The translations under genes were made by a program, and so were the position numbers. Of a stretch of DNA of 61,591 nt, positions 1-6,313 are shown one piece after another. Every line of letters starts with the position of its first letter. Positions within the stretch are counted from its first letter, which is position 1. The stretch covers positions 1-61,591 of the forward strand of contig JAEUSK010000243.1 in the NCBI GenBank assembly GCA_016787925.1, given 5' to 3'. This DNA comes from a bacterium (GTDB taxonomy: Bacteria > CLD3 > SB21). The notes under the pieces are model-generated. The model made no database searches, had not been told where the DNA came from, and saw nothing but the letters and a program-made list of their open reading frames with translations.

Positions 1-81
1 CCTACGATACACTGAAATTACCAATCGCCCAATGAAATTCTATGAATGTTACAACCAACCCTCGGGTTGGTTGACAACATG

Positions 82-129
82 AAAACCGGACATTTCTACT
101 TTGGTAGAAACCGGACATTTCTATTTTGG
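82..129. repeat. Tandem direct repeat (2 copies, 25-bp period) upstream of the exbB promoter
   Basis: aaaaccggacatttctaCtttgg (82-104) and gaaaccggacatttctaTtttgg (107-129). The 16-nt core aaccggacatttcta is identical. The repeats are flanked by TTGACA hexamers at 71-76 and 131-136. Confidence 0.8.
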
Positions 130-151
130 CTTGACAGCGGCAAAAATAGTA

Positions 152-180
152 TTGACTTTTTATATTTTTTGCGATAATAT
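152..180 (+). promoter_or_regulatory. Putative sigma70-type promoter for the exbB-exbD-exbD-tonB cluster
   Basis: TTGACT (152-157), 17-nt spacer, TAATAT (175-180). The near-palindrome GATAATATTGTC (173-184) overlaps the -10. The AT-rich leader contains other weaker candidates. Confidence 0.35.
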
Positions 181-310
181 TGTCCACTGCAATCTGGCAG
201 GTCAAAACTTGCGCAAATCAAGAGTACTTGCTTACAAATAATTTTTTAAATGCTATTAAAGATTACTTATCACAATGTTTACCACATTATAACTTGGAGG
301 CACGTCTTTT

Positions 311-934
311 ATGGAGAAATCATTAGTTGATTATTTTAACGAAGGTGGCGGTTTCATGTGGCCAATCCTTTTTTGTCAGGTCGTAGGTCTTGCCATTTGT
401 ATTGAACGTTTCATTACTTTGTCTCGTTCCGGTGTGAACACCAGGAAATTTCTTGTGAAAATTAAACAAGCCCTCGATGAAGGCGGCGTGCAAAGAGCAG
501 TAGAAGTCAGCGCTAACCAGCGCGGCTCGGTCGCTTCTATTTTCCATGCCGGTCTGCTTCGCGCTCATAAAGGCGTAGATCAGGTCGAAAAAGCTATCGT
601 GAATGCCGGAGCCATTGAGATGGCGTTTTTGGAACGAGGCATGATCTGGATCGCGTTCTTTATTGCCGTTGCTCCCATGCTCGGATTTACGGGAACCGTG
701 CAGGGTATGATTCAGTCATTTGAAGCGATCGCGAAAGCTAACGATATTTCTCCTACGATTGTTGCTACCGGTATTTCAGTTGCTCTTCTTACCACTCTTT
801 TTGGTTTGATCGTAGCGATGATACTTCAATTTTTCCATAATTATTTTACGGCGAAGATCAACCGTCTGGTTGTGGATATGGAAGAGACCTCGGCAGAATT
901 AGTTGACGCCATTGTTGAGCTGGAACACCGATAG
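311..934 (+). CDS. exbB: MotA/TolQ/ExbB family proton-channel protein
   Basis: 207 aa with three hydrophobic segments and an ExbB-type C-terminal region (GFTGTVQGMIQSF...ALLTTLFGLIVA). GGAGG lies about 10 nt upstream. It is the first gene of an exbB-exbD-exbD-tonB array. Confidence 0.9.
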   Translation: MEKSLVDYFNEGGGFMWPILFCQVVGLAICIERFITLSRSGVNTRKFLVKIKQALDEGGVQRAVEVSANQRGSVASIFHAGLLRAHKGVDQVEKAIVNAGAIEMAFLERGMIWIAFFIAVAPMLGFTGTVQGMIQSFEAIAKANDISPTIVATGISVALLTTLFGLIVAMILQFFHNYFTAKINRLVVDMEETSAELVDAIVELEHR

Positions 935-955
935 TCAAACCAAAGGACCACTCAC

Positions 956-1357
956 ATGTTAGTTGAAAAAAGATTAAAGAATACAGCGGAAATACCGACA
1001 AGTTCTCTGGCGGATATGGCATTCCTTCTGCTCATATTTTTCATAGTGATCACCACCGTGGGCACGGATAAAGGTATTGACCTTGTTTTGCCCCCGGAAG
1101 GCGATGTTAAGGAAATTCCAAAGACCAATATCATGAATATCCTGCTCAACGATAACGGCGATATCCTGATTGAAGAAGAACCGCGATTTATGAATCAGAT
1201 AAAGGATATTGTAAAAAACAGGATTGCCAAGAATGACAAGATCATCGTGTCTGTTAAAACGACGCGAAGGACGCCATATAAGATATTTGTTGCCGTTTTA
1301 GATCAGCTCAAACAGGCCGAGGCAAAGAAAATATCCATAGCGGAGCCGGACAAATAA
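956..1357 (+). CDS. exbD: ExbD/TolR family biopolymer transport protein
   Basis: 133 aa with an N-terminal ExbD signature (LADMAFLLLIFFIV single TM) followed by a periplasmic domain. It sits directly after exbB. Confidence 0.85.
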   Translation: MLVEKRLKNTAEIPTSSLADMAFLLLIFFIVITTVGTDKGIDLVLPPEGDVKEIPKTNIMNILLNDNGDILIEEEPRFMNQIKDIVKNRIAKNDKIIVSVKTTRRTPYKIFVAVLDQLKQAEAKKISIAEPDK

Positions 1358-1379
1358 TCTTAAAAAGCACGGAGATTGT

Positions 1380-1802
1380 ATGAAATTCAGTAATCAAAAA
1401 AATAAGCCGCCCGCGATACCGGGGGCATCCATGTCCGATATTGTATTTACCTTGTTGCTTTTCTTCATGGTCTCGACGGTCATCAAGAAGTTCAACGGGC
1501 TGCCCGTTGATACTCCGGAAGCATATCAGGTGGAAAAATTACAGACAAAGACCCACACTTCTTATATCTGGATCGATGAGGGTGAAAACATTTCATTTGA
1601 CGACTATCCTATTTCCTCCATGGATGAAATATACACCATCGCCCGGGAGAAAATTGTCAAAGATGTGCAATTATTAATTTTTATGCGAATAGACAAGAAC
1701 ATGCGAATGGGTGTATTGGTAGATGTACAACAGGAATTGAGAAAAGCCGGAGCATTGCGGGTCTATTACGCTACTAAAACAAAAGCTTCGCCAAATTATT
1801 AG
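1380..1802 (+). CDS. exbD: ExbD/TolR family biopolymer transport protein (second copy)
   Basis: 140 aa with the MSDIVFTLLLFFMV single-TM motif typical of ExbD. It has a GGAG-like RBS (acggagattgtATG). Confidence 0.85.
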   Translation: MKFSNQKNKPPAIPGASMSDIVFTLLLFFMVSTVIKKFNGLPVDTPEAYQVEKLQTKTHTSYIWIDEGENISFDDYPISSMDEIYTIAREKIVKDVQLLIFMRIDKNMRMGVLVDVQQELRKAGALRVYYATKTKASPNY

Positions 1803-1837
1803 ACTATAGTTTGCCATAGCGGAGAAAGGAAAATACA

Positions 1838-2479
1838 ATGACATTGTATGAATTGAAGAGGCAATACAAAGTTGTGTTAGAGGCTTCGATGATCGCGGCG
1901 CTGGTTCTAATTACATTGGTTATCCGTTTTTACACTTTCGGCGATAGCGGCCGCACCATCGGGAAAGCGGATATACAGTTTGAAGTGAGCAAAGTTGATT
2001 TGACCAAGCAGATCAAGCGCGCTCCGCCGCCAAATCGTCCCGCTGTTCCGGTTGCATCTGAAACGGAAACGTTATTGGGCGATGAGACGATTGATGATAC
2101 CGATGTGGATCTCGAAGAAATTCCGCCGCCGCCGCCGCCGCCGGCAAAAAGGGATCAAGGTGATGGCGACGCTGAAGTTTTCGTGGCCTACGATACGCCG
2201 CCGGACCTGAAAGGCGGATTTGACTTCATTCGCAGAAATCTTAAGTACCCTGACATGGCAAGACAAGCGGGGATTGAAGGCAAAGCAATCGTCAGTTGCG
2301 TCGTTGACGAAAATGGTAATGTGCTTAAAGCGGAAGTCGTCAAAGAAGATGGTAATGTAGGATTCGGACAAGCCGCAGTTGATGTGATCATGAAGGCTAA
2401 ATTCAATCCCGCCAAGCAGCGAGATAAGGCCGTCAAAGTCAGGATATCAGTGCCGGTCGTATTCAAGCTCAGGGGATAG
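1838..2479 (+). CDS. tonB: TonB family energy transducer
   Basis: 213 aa with an N-terminal TM anchor, a Pro-rich spacer (PPPNRPAVP...PPPPPPP) and a TonB C-terminal domain (YPDMARQAGIEGKAIVSCVVDENGNV...AKFNPA). Confidence 0.85.
   Translation: MTLYELKRQYKVVLEASMIAALVLITLVIRFYTFGDSGRTIGKADIQFEVSKVDLTKQIKRAPPPNRPAVPVASETETLLGDETIDDTDVDLEEIPPPPPPPAKRDQGDGDAEVFVAYDTPPDLKGGFDFIRRNLKYPDMARQAGIEGKAIVSCVVDENGNVLKAEVVKEDGNVGFGQAAVDVIMKAKFNPAKQRDKAVKVRISVPVVFKLRG
2123..2143 (+). repeat. (CCG)7 trinucleotide repeat inside tonB, encoding Pro7
   Basis: Seven uninterrupted CCG units were read directly from the sequence. They are in frame within the TonB linker. Confidence 0.9.
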
Positions 2480-2502
2480 GAAAAGAAAAATAGTGGAATT
2501 TA

Positions 2503-2539
2503 AAAATCCCGTTTGCCTGAGGCGAACGGGATTTTTTTA
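2503..2539 (+). terminator. Rho-independent terminator after tonB
   Basis: Stem atcccgtt (2506-2513) pairs with aacgggat (2525-2532), followed by a T7 run. Confidence 0.75.
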
Positions 2540-2545
2540 TTGATG

Positions 2546-2618
2546 TGGGCCATCAGGGATTTGAACCCCGGACCAAAGGATTATGAGTCCTCTGCTCTAA
2601 CCGCTGAGCTAATGGCCC
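2546..2618 (-). tRNA. tRNA with CAT anticodon (Met by codon table; probably the lysidine-modified tRNA-Ile2)
   Basis: A 73-nt cloverleaf folds by hand: acceptor GGGCCAT/ATGGCCC, D arm GCTC-AGCGGTTA-GAGC, anticodon arm GAGGA-CTCATAA-TCCTT, T arm CGGGG-TTCAAAT-CCCTG, discriminator A. CCA is not encoded. Confidence 0.9.
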
Positions 2619-2630
2619 CAAATGGGTGCT

Positions 2631-2659
2631 AATATAAAATTCGTTTCAGAAATAATCAA
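2631..2659 (-). promoter_or_regulatory. Putative promoter of tRNA(CAT)
   Basis: On the minus strand: TTGATT, 17 nt, TATATT, ending about 12 nt before the mature tRNA 5' end. Confidence 0.45.
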
Positions 2660-2702
2660 TGAGTTTTTGCTTCGGGGCGATGATTATTTGAAAAGGCAGG
2701 AG

Positions 2703-3098
2703 TTAGCTGAAACTTTTTATGGCGTCTTCCTGTGACGCGTGGATCTCAAATACTTCGGCTAACTTTGTTATGTTGAGCACATTTTTGACGAACTCGTTGT
2801 AACCGCCGATTTTTAAAACGCCGTTCTTATTGTGTGCCGCCGTGTAGAGTGAAATAAGGCTTCCAAGACCGGAACTGTTGATTCGTTTGATCTTCGAAAG
2901 ATCGACAACGATCTTATCGACGTTTTCGTCCAGTAATTCCCGAACCGCGGCCTGCAGCATTTCGATATGTTCCTCCGTCATGAGTTTATCCTGAATTTCG
3001 ACGACGGCCAGAGTGTCGGAAACTTTACGGGACGTGACCTTTACCTTGCTTTCGCTGGCAATTTGTACTTTTTTGCTTTGTTTCATTGGTGTTTTCAA
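2703..3098 (-). CDS. STAS-domain anti-sigma-factor antagonist (SpoIIAA/RsbV-like)
   Basis: 131 aa with an IVVDLSKIKRINSSGLGSLISL motif that includes the phosphorylatable Ser context. It has a basic N-terminal extension of about 30 aa. Confidence 0.85.
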   Translation of the reverse strand: MKTPMKQSKKVQIASESKVKVTSRKVSDTLAVVEIQDKLMTEEHIEMLQAAVRELLDENVDKIVVDLSKIKRINSSGLGSLISLYTAAHNKNGVLKIGGYNEFVKNVLNITKLAEVFEIHASQEDAIKSFS

Positions 3099-3107
3099 GG
3101 TGTATAT

Positions 3108-3536
3108 TTACTTACTTTCTAATTTTGCGTTAATTTCACTCAAATGCATATTCATATCATGGAGGTGCCTTTCAAGAATCCATATTTCTTCCCCGGTCTT
3201 CTGCATCGCAACTTCATCTCCGCTCCGGCCGCCATAGGTGAGGCTATTGCAAATTTCATCAAACGTGTCAGCGGAATGTTTTAAGTAGGTAACAAAATAG
3301 CGGATATCTTTTCTCACCTCAGTGAAATCAAGATCCTGCGATTGCGAAAGTTCATTGGCCTTCAGCCGCAAATAAGTAATATTAAGTTTGAATACGTTCA
3401 GATCGTCAATGACCTTATCAATGTCAACTTCCCGCTCTTCCGGGGCTTCGACGCGCATATCCAGTTCCATGGATTTCAAATCGAGATGAATTCTGCGCAA
3501 ATCATTCGCTAATTCCCTGATTTTATCCGCTAGCAT
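3108..3536 (-). CDS. Hypothetical coiled-coil protein
   Basis: A 142-aa ORF, charged and helical with heptad-like patterns. It lies 9 nt upstream of the STAS gene and has its own promoter-like element. I recognise no family. Confidence 0.6.
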   Translation of the reverse strand: MLADKIRELANDLRRIHLDLKSMELDMRVEAPEEREVDIDKVIDDLNVFKLNITYLRLKANELSQSQDLDFTEVRKDIRYFVTYLKHSADTFDEICNSLTYGGRSGDEVAMQKTGEEIWILERHLHDMNMHLSEINAKLESK

Positions 3537-3590
3537 TTTGGCTTGAATCCCGAAAAATTAATAAGATGAGTCGATCAAAGCAGCAGGGTT

Positions 3591-3619
3591 ATACTAATCA
3601 ATTTTGAAGATACTGTCAA
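3591..3619 (-). promoter_or_regulatory. Putative sigma70-type promoter for the 3108-3536 / STAS pair
   Basis: On the minus strand: TTGACA (3614-3619), 17 nt, TAGTAT (3591-3596). Confidence 0.45.
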
Positions 3620-3691
3620 CAGGTAAAATATTATTTGTCCCGCGTAGTCGAAAACATAACGAGAGCCATTAAATTTTCTATGCAGTATCCT

Positions 3692-4291
3692 TTATGTGTT
3701 TTTGTGTGAACGTAGAAATTTCCGTAAACGAAGAATATACACATAAAAGGACGTCACGAGCAGAACAGTACTTATCCACAACAGGAATAAATAAATTTCT
3801 TCTATATGAAATACATCTTTGACAACGTAGACTGTTACCATGAGCGCGACGACCGTAATTGTTATTTTGCCGAGCATATTTGATGTAAAAAGATAAGCGT
3901 ATTTTTTCTTAATGTAGAATCCTGCGGAAAAGATCAATATGTCCCGAATCAGTGCAAGAACAAGGAACCACACGGGGAAATCGTCACGTGAAATTGCCAG
4001 GAATAATAGTATTGCAGCCATTCCTATTTTGTCGGCAATCGGATCAACAACTTTGCCGAAATTCGTAATTTGGTTCATTTTTCTTGCGAGTTGTCCGTCA
4101 AATGTGTCCGTCAGGCCGCCGATGATCATAAAGGCAAGTGCGGTCAGATTATGGCGTGGGTTTGTATTCCCAAGATCAAGAAAATAAATGATAGGAATGA
4201 CAATAACGATCCTCGACAGACTCAAGATATTGGAAACGGTAAATATTTTGTCGGCGTAAGGATTTTCTCCGCCAGAGTTTTCGTTGGTCAT
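3692..4291 (-). CDS. CDP-alcohol phosphatidyltransferase (PgsA-like)
   Basis: 199 aa and polytopic. It carries the complete D-G-x2-A-R-x8-G-x3-D-x3-D motif (DGQLARKMNQITNFGKVVDPIADK). Its start overlaps the upstream gene's stop by 4 nt. Confidence 0.85.
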   Translation of the reverse strand: MTNENSGGENPYADKIFTVSNILSLSRIVIVIPIIYFLDLGNTNPRHNLTALAFMIIGGLTDTFDGQLARKMNQITNFGKVVDPIADKIGMAAILLFLAISRDDFPVWFLVLALIRDILIFSAGFYIKKKYAYLFTSNMLGKITITVVALMVTVYVVKDVFHIEEIYLFLLWISTVLLVTSFYVYILRLRKFLRSHKNT

Positions 4292-5346
4292 TGATCAGCG
4301 GGAGGGTTAGTCGTAAATGTTTTTGTTATAACGTCCAATTCTCTGAGAAATTTGAGCTTCTTTATTTCTTCCGGAAAAAACAACGCTTGATCTATGAAAT
4401 AAATACGCCGCGTGGATTCGTCGTAAAATGCGTAACTGCGGAACGGCCCCCCAAACGCGTTTTGTAAATCCAAGGTTTTCCAGATTCCGGTATAAGCCAG
4501 TGCCGGACGGCCTCCGATTTCGGTTTTGTAAAACGAATCGAAAGACGGCGTCGTTTTTACTGAATCCGGAAACCATGATCCTATTTTATTCCGCGTTTGT
4601 ATCATCCAGGTCTTTGTCAAAAAGCTGTCAGGAACGGCTTGGGAATCCAGCGGAACCCAGTATACCGAGAGCCATCGTTGCAGTGACTTGTAGTATGACG
4701 ATGCGTGGAAACGTACGTAATGCCTGTCCGGGCTTTCTTCAACGATCTTATAGTCAGGATGAATCCGCAGCGTCCATTGGTATTTCTTGAAAAGTTCCTT
4801 CTGCAAGGCTTTGTCTTCTAGAGGAGCGGACGAACCATAAAGGAAATCAGACATCAGATGGGTCTTATGCGTGTCAAAAATTTCAAAAAGCTGATCGCTG
4901 TTCGCCTGAATGAAGCGGTTAACGTCCTGGATGGTATTCGACGTCAGTACCATGATGACTTGTCCGACCGACCATTCGTCTTTACGCGTAAAAATAAAAT
5001 ACTCGCCAGATCCCACGGCCTTGGCCGCTTCCTCATTGAGCATGCTTTGAACTGTTTGTGATACCGGTTCTTTCGAGTCCAACGTGCCGATCATGACAAT
5101 GTATTTGTACTTTTTATAAATATCAAAAACACTGATCGGCGCGCGCTGCAAATAAAAATCCGTTTCATTTTGCGGCGTAATAAAATTTCTTTCGAACACT
5201 ATCTGTAAGGATTCCTTACTCTGGCTCCAATTGGCGGAATCTGAAAATACAATGATCTGATCGTCGCCGCCGATGGCCGCAGACTTGTAGATCTTGCCGC
5301 AGGATGCAACAAAGCACACCGCGATGACGCAAACCAGTGTCTTCAT
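4288..5346 (-). CDS. Lipoprotein of unknown function (resembles the DUF4837 family)
   Basis: 352 aa with a signal peptide and lipobox (CFVASC). The overall pattern (QIIVFSDSANW...YLQRAPISVFDIYKKYKYIVMIG) recalls DUF4837, but that assignment is from memory only. Confidence 0.65.
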   Translation of the reverse strand: MKTLVCVIAVCFVASCGKIYKSAAIGGDDQIIVFSDSANWSQSKESLQIVFERNFITPQNETDFYLQRAPISVFDIYKKYKYIVMIGTLDSKEPVSQTVQSMLNEEAAKAVGSGEYFIFTRKDEWSVGQVIMVLTSNTIQDVNRFIQANSDQLFEIFDTHKTHLMSDFLYGSSAPLEDKALQKELFKKYQWTLRIHPDYKIVEESPDRHYVRFHASSYYKSLQRWLSVYWVPLDSQAVPDSFLTKTWMIQTRNKIGSWFPDSVKTTPSFDSFYKTEIGGRPALAYTGIWKTLDLQNAFGGPFRSYAFYDESTRRIYFIDQALFFPEEIKKLKFLRELDVITKTFTTNPPADQ

Positions 5347-6308
5347 GTGAGCTTACTCTTTCTCATAAGAAAAATTAATGCACCGGGGATAGTTGAAATC
5401 ATGGATATGATGTAAGTAACGAACCCGATGGAAAATGCGATCTCAGCCGGCACGCCTATTTTTCTGAATAGCAAAATAGTTGTTTGTTCTCTTGGTCCGG
5501 TTCCGCCAATGGAGATAGGTAAACTCGCTGCCAAAGAAATAATCGGTACGAATATTATATAGTACCGTATCGACGACTCATCACCCATCGCCCTGCCAAT
5601 CGCCCAGATGGTCAATATTCGAAGCCCCTGCACGCCCAGCGAGATCAAAAAAATTTTTGACAAATCAAGCCTGCGGGTCCTGAAATTATGGACTTCATGA
5701 TACAAATGGCGGAGGCGTTCGTATAATTTTTTTGGTATAAGAACTGCAAATGGTTTTACTATCATATCGGCTATTTTCTTATTCAATACGAACACCAGTC
5801 CCAAAATCCAGATGGTCAGCAGCGTCACAATGCTCAAGAACATTTTTACCGATTCTCCGCGCCCGATCATAAATGCGCCGGTAATACAAGCCAAGAATAT
5901 CAAAGTTAACAAACCGACAAACCGGTCAAAAAAAACCGATGCAACTGCCGGTGACAGCCTTTCCCGGTCCGGCGAATGTTTTTGAACGTCATAGACTCTC
6001 AAAAGATCACCGCCCATACCGCTAATCAAAAAATTATTAAAGAACAATCCGACGTAATAATAACCCAGCGTTACGGTATAAGTAAGCCTAATCTCAGACA
6101 TACGTAATATAAGGCGCCACTGAAATGCTCCTAAGCAATAACTCAGTGTCAGTAAGATCAAAGACCAGCCTATCCATGCCGGGTCCGTTTTAAGAAATTG
6201 CGCCTGTAGTGCATCAAGCTCGATCGAACGGACGGTGAAAAAGATAATGCCGAAACTGACTGCAATTTTAGCAAGAAGGTATACGTATTTTTTTATCATC
6301 CTTTTCAA
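5343..6308 (-). CDS. UPF0104 / lysyl-phosphatidylglycerol-synthase-TM-like 'flippase-like' membrane protein
   Basis: 321 aa with about 8 TM segments and the characteristic GGDLLRVY-type loop. It overlaps the next gene by 4 nt. Confidence 0.75.
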   Translation of the reverse strand: MKRMIKKYVYLLAKIAVSFGIIFFTVRSIELDALQAQFLKTDPAWIGWSLILLTLSYCLGAFQWRLILRMSEIRLTYTVTLGYYYVGLFFNNFLISGMGGDLLRVYDVQKHSPDRERLSPAVASVFFDRFVGLLTLIFLACITGAFMIGRGESVKMFLSIVTLLTIWILGLVFVLNKKIADMIVKPFAVLIPKKLYERLRHLYHEVHNFRTRRLDLSKIFLISLGVQGLRILTIWAIGRAMGDESSIRYYIIFVPIISLAASLPISIGGTGPREQTTILLFRKIGVPAEIAFSIGFVTYIISMISTIPGALIFLMRKSKLT

Positions 6309-6313
6309 AGAAA

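Noticed and set aside
52-73. The GC-rich hairpin caaccaaccc/gggttggttg considered as an intrinsic terminator of an upstream gene.
   Set aside because: There is no U-tract on either strand after the stem, and no confirmed coding region ends just before it within the window.
173-184. GATAATATTGTC considered as a canonical Fur box.
   Set aside because: It fits GATAAT/ATTATC half-sites only as a 6-0-6 palindrome with one mismatch. It does not fit the 7-1-7 or 19-bp Fur consensus. I keep it only as a generic operator candidate.
2-205. A 67-aa minus-strand ORF at the left edge.
   Set aside because: It runs antisense through the promoter and repeat region upstream of exbB. It has no RBS and a Cys/Arg-rich low-complexity translation with no recognisable family. 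I treat the region as regulatory DNA.
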